The notes below the pieces were generated by a model. The model saw only the letters and a program-made list of their open reading frames with translations, did no database searches and had not been told where the DNA came from. A stretch of DNA of 63,543 bases, filler included, from Octopus bimaculoides (Eukaryota): the NCBI RefSeq assembly GCF_001194135.2. It is 5 parts of 5 records of this genome, joined end to end, with 100 filler letters (N's around TTAATTAATTAA, not from the genome) between each part and the next. Parts side by side here need not be neighbours in the genome. Positions count along the whole stretch, not along the records: positions 1 to 7,094 come from NC_068991.1; positions 7,195 to 25,807 come from NC_068990.1; 3 more parts are not named here. One strand, written 5' to 3'. Below, in pieces: positions 1 through 13,300 of this stretch (position 1 is the stretch's first letter; each line of letters opens with the position of its first letter). The position numbers were made by a program, and so were the translations under genes.

Positions 1-126
1 TTTTTTTTTCTTTCTTCCCGCGATCCCTTTTGATCCAAATCATCCCCCCCCCAAGCTCTACTTTGTAATTTGTCCATTTTCTGTATTTAGCCCTGTGTGG
101 CTATAATAAAAAGATATCTGTCTGTT

Positions 127-163
<37 letters not shown>

Positions 164-194
164 ATCTATCAATCTGTCTATTTTATCTATCTAA

Positions 195-242
<48 letters not shown>

Positions 243-1037
243 GACAGGCTTCTTTCAGTTTCCGTCCACCAAATGAACTCACAAGTCTTTGGTCGGACCA
301 GGGCTATAGTAGGAGACACTTACCCAAGACGCTTGCTCAAGCTGTTGCGCAATAAGACTAAATCCGGAACTATATCTTTGGGAAGTTTACTTACCACAAA
401 ATACACAGATTGTTGTTGTTGTTGCTGTTGCCGCTGCTGGTGCTGTCGTTGTTGTTGTTGTTTTTGTTCCTCGTCACGTGCTTCCTTCTTTTTGTCGTTG
501 CTATCAATGTTTGTGTAACATGAATGTCACGTTTGGAACGGCTTTGTTTACAGTTCCGTTTAAACATGACTGACCTCGACTGAGCAAAAACAACAACTGA
601 CAAAGGCCACGTTATAAAACGAAATCCTGCGGCCCTAGATGGGAATATACCGAGTCTAAACAAAAGGAAGGGATGGTCGTAACTGGAGCACCTTTGATCA
701 GAGGTCTGTTGGTGCTAAACAACAACAACAACAATGCCCATAACAATAGCAACAACAATAACAAGACTAAAACGTAACCGAAAAGTACAGCAACAAAAGC
801 AATGACAACAGGACCAATACGGGACGAAAGCTGTAAACGGGAACAACAAAGGAACAGCGGCCCAACTACAATAACAGCAACAACAACAATAACGTGACAT
901 TGAAGTGCAAGTGTGTCTGGAGGCAGGTCACATGACCAAACTGGTTTTCTTTTGAAATGAATAAAAATAGTGTAAAATAACTGGTGTTATATGAAGTAAA
1001 CTACGTAGAATATAGAGAAAGGACACATACACAAACA

Positions 1038-1200
1038 CAGAGGGTTGGCCAAAAGTGACCTGACAGGGAATCAAAACCATTTAATACCAAGATTTATGTT
1101 TATGTTTAACAACTGAATCAATTTAATAAAAAAGCATCTAAATATGGAACATCATAAAAATTGTCCAAACTGAAGTCCTTCTTCAGCGATGCATATTTTT
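1038..1200 (-). mobile_element. Tc1/mariner right-end fragment (transposase C-terminus plus TIR)
   Basis: Minus strand reads CIAEEGLQFGQFL*, resembling the CIxxxGxxFExxL* end of IS630-Tc1-mariner transposases. It ends in TIR-like CAGAGGGTTGGCCAAAAGTGACC, and a related end occurs at about 5660-5690. Confidence 0.55.
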
Positions 1201-1225
1201 TCTATTCGAGTCAATACAGAAATAC

Positions 1226-1386
1226 AGTCTGTGCGGTAAGTAGCTTGCTTACCAACCACATGGTTCCGGGTTCAGTCCCACTGCGTGGCACCTTTCGCAA
1301 ATGTCTTCTACTATAGCCACGGGCCGAGCAAAGCCTTGTGGGTGGATTTGGTAGACGGAAACTGAAAGAAACCCGCCGTACATATG

Positions 1387-1484
<98 letters not shown>

Positions 1485-1717
1485 CGTGTGTGTGTTGGTG
1501 TGTCTTTGTTTTTGTGGTTATTCCCTCACCATCGCTTGATAGCTGATGTAGGTGTGTTTGCGTTCCCGTAACTTAGCGGTTCGGCGAAGATAGAATAAGT
1601 ACCAGGCCTACAAAGAATAAATCCTGGGGTCGATCTGTTCGACTAAAGGCGGTGCTCCAGCATGGCCGCAGTCAAATGACCGAAAAAAATAAAAATAATA
1701 AAAAAGAATAAAAGAAT
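1226..1717 (+). mobile_element. SINE family S1, full copy (head + internal (TA)/(TG)n + tail)
   Basis: Head GTAAG..GCTTGCTT.CCAACCACATGGTTCCGGGTTCAGTCCCACTG, then a microsatellite, then tail CTTAGCGGTTCGGC...CAGCATGGCCGCAGTCAAATGAC..AAGAATAAAAGA. More than 15 partial or full copies occur in the window, e.g. 241-392(-), 1769-1913(-), 7858-7980(-), 11766-11865(+), 14899-15052(-), 45985-46152(-), 49017-49180(+). Confidence 0.85.
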
Positions 1718-2109
1718 ATGTATTATATATATAATACACACACAAACACATACACACACGCACACATACAACGAGCTTCCATACAGTTTCCGTCTATCAG
1801 ATTCCCTCATGTGGCGTGGGTCGGCCTGGGGCTATAATAAAAGATACTCAATGCAGTGAGTCTGAACCCCAAAAATCAAGTGGTTGCGAAGGGAGCTTCT
1901 TAACCACACAGTCATGTTGCCCCCCTTTAACATATTTAAAAATTGGTATTACAAAATGTCGTATTATTATTCCAGATCTTCCCATCTTTCAACACGGAAT
2001 AAATACCTCTGCTTGAATCAGTTATTTGAAGGTATATGATTACGAAGTTGAAACGTCGACGTGTGTCGACAAAGGTCTAACATCTCTGTTCGTCCGTTTA
2101 ATACTTCTG

Positions 2110-2215
2110 TAGTGGCGCGAATTATGGCCGCCATTAAGGAACTACAATCTACTCATGCGCAAGGGACTTGTCTTCCCGGAAGCCCCTCGAGTGCGCATGC
2201 GTACTAAAACCAGTA
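2110..2215 (+). promoter_or_regulatory. TATA-less housekeeping-type promoter motif cluster upstream of gene 1
   Basis: Within about 90 bp: ATGGCCGCCATT (YY1-like, 2124-2135), ACTACAATCTACTCATGC (ZNF143/THAP11-like, 2141-2158), CTTCCCGGAAG (ETS-like, 2173-2183) and TGCGCATGCG (NRF1-like, 2192-2201). The region is CpG-rich in an AT-rich background. Confidence 0.55.
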
Positions 2216-2601
2216 CTTAAAGCGTTTCTTTCGCTTTCTAACCCTCTTCAACATGATACCTTCGACGTGACAACAACATGCTCTTAGCGCGATGCCTTCG
2301 ATCTAACAACAACTTGCTCCTCTGAGATGCATCAACGAAACTTTTAACCTTCCGATGCTGATTACAAGTTAACCAGCGACTACCAGGCTGAATGACACAG
2401 GATTTGTAAAAACCAAGCATCACCAAAAAATAAAACTTATTTTTATTATGTTGTTAATTGTTCTACCGTTTTCTTAATATATAATTTTGTTGAAAGGTAA
2501 CAGAGAGAGACTAATGTCTCTATTGCAACTATCAACCTTTTACACGTCCTTTGCTTAAGCGGAGTTTACAACAGAGCATTTTCAACGAAAAAACTATTGA
2601 A

Positions 2602-2612
2602 ATGACACAGAG
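2602..2612 (+). CDS. Tentative first coding exon of gene 1 (exon 2560-2612; MTQ+R)
   Basis: Pyrimidine-rich acceptor CCTTTGCTTAAG|CGG at 2559/2560, branch-like GACTAAT upstream, and donor AG|GTAATG at 2612/2613. It ends in phase 2, matching the 7336 exon. The exon is also open upstream of the ATG (RSLQQSIFNEKTIE), and the link to 7336 crosses an artificial join. Confidence 0.45.
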
Positions 2613-3470
2613 GTAATGTGATCCAGATTTAGCTACTGAGTTTGAAATGCCTACAAATATTGTTTCTTTAAAAAAAAANNNNNNNNNNNNNNNNNNNNNN
2701 NNNNNNNNNNNNNNNNNNNNNNNNNNNNNNNNNNNNNNNNNNNNNNNNNNNNNNNNNNNNNNNNNNNNNNNNNNNNNNNNNNNNNNNNNNNNNNNNNNNN
2801 NNNNNNNNNNNNNNNNNNNNNNNNNNNNNNNNNNNNNNNNNNNNNNNNNNNNNNNNNNNNNNNNNNNNNNNNNNNNNNNNNNNNNNNNNNNNNNNNNNNN
2901 NNNNNNNNNNNNNNNNNNNNNNNNNNNNNNNNNNNNNNNNNNNNNNNNNNNNNNNNNNNNNNNNNNNNNNNNNNNNNNNNNNNNNNNNNNNNNNNNNNNN
3001 NNNNNNNNNNNNNNNNNNNNNNNNNNNNNNNNNNNNNNNNNNNNNNNNNNNNNNNNNNNNNNNNNNNNNNNNNNNNNNNNNNNNNNNNNNNNNNNNNNNN
3101 NNNNNNNNNNNNNNNNNNNNNNNNNNNNNNNNNNNNNNNNNNNNNNNNNNNNNNNNNNNNNNNNNNNNNNNNNNNNNNNNNNNNNNNNNNNNNNNNNNNN
3201 NNNNNNNNNNNNNNNNNNNNNNNNNNNNNNNNNNNNNNNNNNNNNNNNNNNNNNNNNNNNNNNNNNNNNNNNNNNNNNNNNNNNNNNNNNNNNNNNNNNN
3301 NNNNNNNNNNNNNNNNNNNNNNNNNNNNNNNNNNNNNNNNNNNNNNNNNNNNNNATATATGTATATATAGATATATATATATATATAATGTTTACATACA
3401 CACACCCATATATATATATATATACGTATATGTCTATATATACTTGCGTAAGCACGTGTGTGCGTATGTA

Positions 3471-3507
<37 letters not shown>

Positions 3508-4170
3508 GCGCGCGCGTGTAGTTATACCCGCAAGGTCTTTGTAAATATGACCTAATTTCAACGTTGTAATATAGACACAACATAAACACCACGTTAAGCT
3601 GTTTGCATACAACACAAACATAACGCAATATAATTCCCATCACGTCCCGTACGAAAATAACACTTTTATGTAACACACATCGTTTGTCGATTTGTTTGCT
3701 AGTTTGTGTGCATATGTGTGTGAGTGTATATGTGTGTGTGTGTGTGTGTTTTATAAATTAGTGTTATTGAATTTAGAGTGTTTAACTACTTCGTTTCGAT
3801 AACAACATTTTTACAAGTCTTTTTCAAGAATATTTGATTGTTTTTTTTTATTAAAGAAACAACCTCAGGGAACATTTAAAATTCTGTAGTGAAATCTGGT
3901 AGTTTTCTTTCAAATATTACGTTGTAAATTCGTACTTGAGCTAAGATAGTATTAAGCAGACGATCAAAGATGGAAGACCTTTGTTACACACAACTTAAAG
4001 TGTCTATTTCGTAACACTTTGGCTTTACCTTTTCTTTCAGAGACACTGGCCCTGAAATAGATGTAAACACAGACACAATTATTATCCTGAAGGGCATTTT
4101 GTGTTTGCGCGTGTGTATGTATGTCTGTGTGTTGTAAATAGTGCGATTGAACGGTGTATTTTTTTATGTG

Positions 4171-4217
<47 letters not shown>

Positions 4218-4605
4218 NNNNNNNNNNNNNNNNNNNNNNNNNNNNNNNNNNNNNNNNNNNNNNNNNNNNNNNNNNNNNNNNNNNNNNNNNNNNNNNNNNN
4301 NNNNNNNNNNNNNNNNNNNNNNNNNNNNNNNNNNNNNNNNNNNNNNNNNNNNNNNNNNNNNNNNNNNNNNNNNNNNNNNNNNNNNNNNNNNNNNNNNNNN
4401 NNNNNNNNNNNNNNNNNNNNNNNNNNNNNNNNNNNNNNNNNNNNNNNNNNNNNNNNNNNNNNNNNNNNNNNNNNNNCGATAAACAGAAGTTTTTGAAAGA
4501 AAATCTAGTTACAAAAACAAAAAAAAATAATAATAAGCGCTACGAAAGAAATATTTTTCGCTTTAATTCAAATTAATGATGATAATGATGCGACCTTTTA
4601 AAGCC

Positions 4606-4902
4606 TAGCTAGGCTCATGGGCCTGGTTTCCCGGTTTCTATGGCGTATGTGTTCCCTCCAGTTTGACGGGACGCCAGTCCATCGCAGCGTTACTCAAGAA
4701 ACAGGAAGAAAGAGTGAGAGAGAATGTTGGGGCGAAGGAGTACAACAGGGGTCGCCACCACCCCCTGCTGGAGCCTCGTGGAGCTTTAGGATTTTTCGCT
4801 CAATAAACACACACAACGCCCGGTCTGGGAATCGAAATCGCGATCCTCCGACCGCAAATCCGCTACCCTAACCACTGGGCCACTGGGCCATTGCGCCTCC
4901 AC
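4606..4902 (-). mobile_element. tRNA-derived SINE family S3 (tRNA-Arg-like head), tail variant A
   Basis: Reverse complement of the 35043 head (TGGCCCAGTGG A-box, TTCGATTCC B-box), followed by a tail that differs from the 5938-6293 copy. Confidence 0.85.
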
Positions 4903-5937
4903 AAATTCAAATATATATTAGCTTCAAATACTGGCCGAAGGCCAATAATTTCGGGTGAGGAGTGAGTCGATTACATTGACCCCAGCGCTCAATTGGTGCT
5001 TATTCTATCGACTGCAAAAGGATGACAGAATTTGAACCCAGAGCGTAAAGACGGAGGAAATGCTGCTAAGCGTTTTATCCGGAATGCTAACGATTCTGCT
5101 AACTCGTCGCCTTGAAATTCAAATTAATAAGCTTGGAAAACACAAACATAGACACAGCAACAACAACGACAAAAGCCAGAAAAGCCAAAAAACCCCATAC
5201 ATCACTATATCGACCTGAACCAGCCCTGGGTGTATGAGTATATATATAAGTGCCATAGAAGCCGCCTCTTTTTAAAATAAATGACTTTGGACTTACGGTT
5301 TTTATCGTTTAAATCGGTCATAGTGTATGTCTTGTAATTTAAATTTACCGGTTCTCAGAGATCCTTAGGAATAACTTGATCTTGATGTCAAAAGATATAT
5401 TTTGACATTAGGCAGCGCGCTTCAATATTGTCCTTTCGTCCCAACCAATTCTCTTTTTATTGCTCTCATCTTTAACATCTCTAAGCTAATGGTGGCAGCC
5501 ATTAACAATGACGTTCTCCAACACTTTCAATACTGAGACTCAATGGCGTAGCGATTAGGGACCTTCTGGCGCCATTTCAACAATTTTTAAACTATTTAGT
5601 TTATTTGTGCGAATTTTCTATTTTGTTGTTAATTGCATAGCCTTGGAAGAACTTTTTGGGAGTCATTACTTTATCTGACCAACCCTCTGTGTTTTTGAAT
5701 TGCTTGCCCAATTGATTGTGATGTGTTTGGTGGCCGCTGACATCTGAAGAGCCAAAACAAACCCTGACCTCATAACCTCTTGACAGTGGACGATCCTGTA
5801 GAGTTACATCGTTTTTCACGTCAAACCGATATTAGTAGTCGCAAGTGTCATACGTAATGACATTGTTACAAAAATACGAAATTAATGAACGTAGAAAACA
5901 ATGACGTATATTCTAACTAATGACACAGTTAGAGTTG

Positions 5938-6293
5938 TTGGCACTCCGTCGCTTACGACGTCGAGGGTTCCAGTTGATCCGATCAACGGAATAGCCTGCT
6001 CGTGAAATTCAACGTGCAAGTGGCTGAGCACTCCACAGACACGTGTACCCTTAACGTAGTTCTCGGGGATATTTAACGTGACACAGGGTGTGACAAAGCT
6101 GACCCTTTGAATTACAGGTACAACAGAAACAGGAAGTAAGAGTGAGGGAAAGTTGTGGTGAGAGAGTACAGCAGGGTTCGCCACCATCCCCTGCCAGAGT
6201 CTCGTGGAGCTTTAGGTGTTTTCGCTCAATAAACACTCACAACGCCCGGTCTGGGAATCGAAACCACGATCCTATGACTGCGATGGTGTGTGC
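5938..6293 (-). mobile_element. tRNA-derived SINE family S3, tail variant B
   Basis: Near-identical in body to 35043-35312. Its 3' tail (GGAACCCTCGACGTCGTAAGCGACGGAG) is shared with 8801-9110. Confidence 0.85.
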
Positions 6294-6331
6294 GAGTGAA
6301 AGTGATTCAGAAACCGATAATAATAATAATA

Positions 6332-6394
<63 letters not shown>

Positions 6395-6537
6395 TTTGGG
6401 AAGCAAACTTCTTTCCACACAGCCACGTTGCGCTTATAGTGTATATAAAGATATTTATCTAGCCGCCTTTCTGTCTTCCTATCTATTCTCTCTCCCTTTC
6501 CCTCGCTTTCTCTCTGTATACATACATAATACACACA

Positions 6538-6577
<40 letters not shown>

Positions 6578-6728
6578 TATATAATACATACATATAATAC
6601 ATACATACACACATATATATGTATATACATATATATATTTATTTACATATATACAAACACGTGTGTGCGTGATTGTGTCTGTGTGCATGCTTAAAACTAT
6701 CATATCAACCTATCTATCTATCTATCTA

Positions 6729-6812
<84 letters not shown>

Positions 6813-7094
6813 ACATTCAAGTCATCGAACCAACCAACCAGCCAACCAACCAGCCCACAAGCTAACCAGTCAGCCAGCCAGCCAGCCAACCAACCAATAA
6901 ACCAATGAATCAATCACTGAATCTGTGATGTATCGATGTATTATCTTTTATCACATTCATCAGCCACCGCCACCACCATAGACTAACCACCTCATCGCCC
7001 ATTCCATTACGTTACATTACATCCATCCCTGCAGCACCCACAGCACCCCCACCAGCTCCCTCCCACGCACACACCCAATACCCCCGCCCACTCC

Positions 7095-7194
7095 NNNNNN
7101 NNNNNNNNNNNNNNNNNNNNNNNNNNNNNNNNNNNNNNTTAATTAATTAANNNNNNNNNNNNNNNNNNNNNNNNNNNNNNNNNNNNNNNNNNNN
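7095..7194. other. Artificial scaffold join N44-TTAATTAATTAA-N44 (also 25808-25907, 44256-44355, 49486-49585)
   Basis: An identical 12-mer (stops in all six frames) is centred in four identical 100-bp gaps. Confidence 0.95.
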
Positions 7195-7307
<113 letters not shown>

Positions 7308-7335
7308 TATCATTTTTCTTTTTTTTTTCATGAAG

Positions 7336-10300
7336 ACGTGAAAGTTGTAAAGCATTTAATGCTCAGAAGCATAAAGCAGAATTGGAAAGATTGATTATGC
7401 AGGAGAATCAACTGATCACCCCAGAACCTTCTCTAGCAGGTGAAGATGAAGAGATTGATGGTGCCATTGATTTGTTAGGTGAGTTGTAGAGTTTTACTTG
7501 TACATGATTAATTATCAGTGATAGAACTCTTGCATGAAAGGTTATAGGTACCACAGCATGTTTATAATATCATTATTGCTATTATGTCTACTTTTCCATG
7601 CTTGCATGGGTCGGATGGAATTTGTTGAGGCAAACTTTCTAAGGCTGGATGCCCTTCGTGTCACAAACCCTTATCTGTTTCTAGAGAAAGGTAATATTTT
7701 CCTCATGGCAAGACTGGGGATCAATAACACTGCTTCAATGAAGGTGATGCTTGATGTCAAAGACAAGGAGATATAAACACACACACATAAATACACAGAC
7801 ACAAACACACACACACACACTGGCATGCAGACACTCACACACATGCTCACATAACAGATTCTTCAGTTTCTGTGTGCCAAGTCCAACTCACAAGGCTTTG
7901 CTTATCCTGGGACTATAGCAGGAGTCACTTGCTCAAGGTGGATTGAACCTGAAACTTTGAGCTTGGGAAGTCAACTTCTAAAATAAGTAGATATCAATTG
8001 TGATCAACTAAATCCTACAAGATAATGCTCCAATATGACCACACTCCAGTGGTTGAACAAGTTTAAAAAAACATCTTTTGAAAGTAATAAATTTTTTCTA
8101 TTTATTATCTTTTTGCAAATATTCTTCCTGCAGAAAATCCCTCAGATTTGGAGTCCGAAGGAGTTTCTTCACTTTCTTCTGCTGGCTTTAGGCTGAGCAA
8201 GGTCAGTAATATTTTGGTAATTTAGCATTAAGTCATTTGGAAGTAGAGATCTAATGATACCATGTAATTAATAAAAGACACAGCAGAATCAAGAGGATAA
8301 GACTTTCCAGACAATCTTTCTGTATATAATGACATAAATGGCCAGTTGGCTGGTTGGTTAATTTTTCCTGTCATGCTTTCCATTGTATAGAAAGGGTGAG
8401 ATAGAATAAAAGGAAGATATAGAGAGAAGTAACATCAAATGTGCAGGATGAATGGAAAGAGAGAATCATAGAGACAGGGGAGTGAATGATAAAGTAGTTC
8501 TAGGAGGAGTTGCGTAAATGAGAAATTTAATTTCTTAAATTATATTTTAAGATGGTAAGTGTTTTTCTTTTGAAAATTAATATTAATTTCATCATTTTAT
8601 CAAAGTACCAAGGAATTCGATAAAGTTAAATTATAACTACTGTATGTATGCCATATTGTCTGATATTACCCATGGTGGTAGAAGGGTAACTTCAGACTTA
8701 CTTGTTATATGACAGGTAATATACTAGTAGAGATACTGTGATATATTTTGGTAAAACCACTGAATCTTTTTGTGACCATATTTCTAAATAAATATATAAT
8801 TGGCGCTCCATCGCTTACAACGACGAGGGTTCCAGTTGATCTGATCAACAAAACAGCCTACTCATGAAATTAACGTGCAGGTGGTTGAGTACTCCCCAGA
8901 CACGCATACCCTTAAAGTAATTCTCAAAGATATTCAACATTATACAGAATGTGACCCTTTAAAATACAGGTACTACTCATTTTTTCCAGCTGAGTAGGCT
9001 GGAGCAATGTGAAATAGAGTGTCTTGCTCAAGCACACAGTGCATCACCAGGAATTGAACTCCCAACCTTACGATTGTGAGCTCATTACCCTAACCAATAA
9101 ACCACATGCTTTCACTCTAAATAAATATATTTCTTACATTAGTGGTTTTCAAGCATTTTTATTACCTATTGACCCCTCTGATTCCTATTTTACTCGGGTG
9201 GGTCCCATAGTCATTTGAAGTTTTTAAAATCCTATTCTATTTTTATAATTAGATATTTTTAGAAATTGTATAAAAAAAAATTATAAATATATTTTGTGGA
9301 GTGTAGCAATTTAATTTTAAAATGTTAACAACAAAATCTTATATGAACCCCCAGGGATCATATGGACCCCTGTTGAGAACCATTGGCTTACATCTTTTGA
9401 AAATAATCAAGGATTTAAATGGATTTAGTCAAATAAATAATTTTTATAAGATTAAGCTAGTACTTGGAACATAACTCCAAGTTCCTACCAAGGACAAGGA
9501 GTGGCCATAAGAAACATCAAAATGCCTGGTAATTCAAAGTATTTGAAAGTCAAAAAGGTTGGCTTTGTTTTGGGCCATGTGTAGAGAGCATTCTTGTCTG
9601 TGGAGCTGAAATCTGGACTAAGAAGAAGGAACTTTAAGAATACCTTACTGGTACATACACTAGGCTTCTCAGTGAAGCATAAGCATGAGACCAAAAGGAA
9701 ATTTATGGACATATTCCACCCACCTTTACTATTGTTAGTATAGGTTAAGCTGTGCTTGGGATGACCACCAGACTATATCAGATGTTAGAGACTTACACAT
9801 CCTAATAGAGGATAAAGATCATTCAATTCATTGATGTTATTTGTAGACACCACATGAAATTGTGAACCTATCGCAGCCAATTTGTCTTGGCTCTAAACAA
9901 GATTTCACTTACCACATGGCTTTGAATGGCCAATCAGTAACAAGCTACATCTCATCCAACTATAAAAGAATGTGATCACTTCCTTCCTGACAAATATAGG
10001 TCTAGAATATATGGAAACGTTTCATTTGTTACAGACTCTACGTCAAAGAGAAGATTCTCAAGTGAAACTGAACATCAAGTAAGTTTTATCTTTAATATTT
10101 TCACTGTTTAAGGCAGTGAGCTGGCAGAATTGTTAATGCATTGGACAAAATGCTTAAACAGCATTCCTTCCAACTGTATGTTCTTCTGAGTTCAAATGCT
10201 GTTGAGGTTGACTTTGTTTTCCATCTTTTTGGGGTTGATAAAATAAGTACCAGTTGAACACTGGGGTCGAGGTAATCGACTTACCCACTCCCACCAAATT

Positions 10301-13300
10301 GCTGGCCTTCTGCCAAAATTTGAAATCAATATTTTCACTGTTTTGTCATGTATGTGTCTCATAGTTTTGGAAAATTTAAACATTTATGATTTGATGGTGC
10401 TTGTGACGTAGAAGTGAGTACCATTCTCAGTGAGATTAAGACAAAGAAACTTATATGCTTTGCCCAGTGGGGCACAATATAATGGCCATGATAAGATTTG
10501 AACACATGCCTGTGCAGTTAGTAGTTTAATACCATAATGTTACAGTCATTGTTTCTGATTTCATTATAATTTTTAAAAACCCTTTTGACACCAACCTGCT
10601 TGATCGTCCTGGCTCCATGATACAGACTTCTTGTTTTAAAATTATCTAAATCTAAATCTTCCATCAAAATTTTATGTTCATCTATGTTGCAAACACCAGA
10701 TTAATAATGACAAAGTAATTTTTCTGAATTCTTCTTAGATATGAAGTAACAAAAGGGTTAAAATGACCTAAATTCCTAACATGGACTTTTGGTGGAAGGT
10801 TTTAATTAAGACCACTTTAAAATATAGAAGTAGGGACAGTCTCAAGTTGGTTGATATCTTAAGGATTAATTGTATGGTATTGTGAAGTATCATTTTTCAC
10901 AAAAAAGGAGAATATTTGTTATTCTCCTTTACATATCATTACTTTATAAACGTTCATGGTTGTGGTGTATGAGAAAAGTTTTTTATTTCAAATTAAAACT
11001 GAGATTTCTTTTAGATTAGTATTCAATATGTTTAACATTTTTTAATAGTAAGTTTTTTGTCCTTATTTATTTCACAGATTGTATCCCAGTGCAAGTGACT
11101 TAGAATCCAGTAAGTTCATTATTATTCTTGTCGTTGTTATTGTTTAAAAATGTATTTAGTCGTACATCAAATGGTCTACACATGTGTTATGCATAATTAT
11201 AGGCCAAATCAACGAGATACCCTCATTATCATCATTGTTGCTGGTGGCAGTGGTGTTGCAGTTGTCATTGTCATCAATGTTTTAACGTCCACTTTTCCAT
11301 GCTTGCATGAGTCTGATGGAATTTGTTGGGGGTAGATTTTCCACAATTGCATGTGCTTCTTATCACTGATCCTCCCTTATTTTGAGCAAGGTAATATTTC
11401 CCAATGGCCAAACATGTTTTCATGAAAGACTGGAAACAAACACCACCACTTGTATGATGGTGACACTCATTTACAAGTGTCACATAATGGCGAGAAAAGA
11501 TACACACAAGCACGTGTATATATCTTTATGTATGAAGAAATATATGTGTTTGTATGTGTAAATATGTATATATGTCTATGTGTGTGTGTGTGTGTATCTG
11601 ATCAAACTTAGAGGATGTAAAACTCTGCTGTCTCTCATAAATTTCTCTCCTTTTAAATTGATCCCTGAAGGACCGTGTCTGAAATGTTTAATTTTCCACT
11701 CCTCACAGCAAAATCACTGTATTCTTTTTATCGATTCTGCTACACTATATACATATATTTATTATTATTATGGCTCTGGGTTCAGTCCCACTGCATAGTA
11801 CTTTGGGCAAGTGTCTTCTACTATAGCCTCGGGTCAACCAAAGCCTTGTGGTGTGGGCATTTTTGAATCGGTTGTACCACTCTTTTATTTGTGTTTTACC
11901 CATAGTATCATCTCCAAAGGACTTCTGAATTTTCTTGATAGTTTGGGCTTGTGTATCATTAAGTTTTTGGCAGAATTTGATACAGTATCTTTACTCAATG
12001 TGCTTGGTCATCTTGACTCAAAAAGAAAAATTACACAGCACACGCTTCACGTCTGTACTCAATGTGTCATTGCAGGCGAATGATGCAACCTACAGACATG
12101 AAAATTTTTGTATATGCTCAGGAAGGAGCATCAAGGTTGGATACTTTTTAACTACACCTCATATATATGTACTCATACATACAGATAGTGTATGTATATA
12201 TCTGGTGGTGTAAGGTGTATATAATTGATGAAAAAGCGTTGTGAATTGATGCTAAAACTTTAGAAGTAGACCAAGGAGAATCTTGGATGCTGACATTTAT
12301 ATAAAGTCTTAAAGGATTTGGCCTCCCAGGTGCATGGAAGAATACTGTGTTGCTAGACACATCTACACCATGCCAATGTAAGGAAATAGATAATTAAAAG
12401 ATTGGTCATCACTGGCTTCTTCAGCAGAGCTGTGAGGACCATTGAGAACATTAGATAGTATTATCACATTTCCAATGAAGAGCTGCATGCATGCATCAGC
12501 CCACAGATTTCGACCTCACAACCATCTGCTGGTACAGACATGTCCTCTTCCTCCTGTCAGATCATCCTACTGGGACCTTATATTCATCTGACACAGTAGC
12601 TGTGGGCTTAAAGAGGCTTCATGGCAGACTCTGTGCTGGATGGCTGAACAAGGAAGATCTCCAGAGGCTTGGTATCATCTTGGAAGATGCAGAGTGTCTA
12701 GCACAGGACCACCAGTGATGGGAGGCACAGGTGGACCTGGTTGGTTCTACACACAATCATGCCTCTGGGACCGTTAACCTGAGATAACCTCAGCCCCATC
12801 GAGCAAGAATATGAGTGAGTGAGATCATCATTATCATTTTCATTGTATCTCTGCTATTTTGTTGTATTGTTTTCAGTGACATCCCAAAGCAATTGTTTTC
12901 GTGACCACAGAAGACATATAGACCAAGAAAGTTTAGGTGAGAAAGCATTAACCTTTTTGTTACCATATTTCTGTGGAAATAGGCTGCTTTTGTTTCAATT
13001 AATTTTAAAAATAAAGAATTTAGTAAAATTTAATAAAGGAATTTATTAAGCTGGTGTTTGGAACATAACAGAAAATTTTGATGGAAGGCTTTAATTCAAC
13101 CCCTTTGATGCCATATTTCGGTTGAAATACGTTGCCTTTCTTTAATTAATTTTGAAAATAGTGAATTTAGTATAGTAACTTTGTCACCATATCTGTGCCT
13201 ATATAATTAAATAAAAAACATCACTGTATCTTTTCAGCTAATATCAATTTTCTGTTTTTGTTTCAGCAACAAGCTACAAATTTGATGACAGTGATGAAGA

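Noticed and set aside
2532-3621. Long ORFs of 200-320 aa here and across the other N gaps (35.3-36.1, 43.0-43.7, 50.1-50.6, 54.2-54.7, 57.8-58.3 kb)
   Set aside because: They are open only because N runs contain no stop codons.
7139-7150. TTAATTAATTAA motif repeated four times
   Set aside because: It is always centred in identical 100-bp N gaps, so it is an assembly spacer and not biological.
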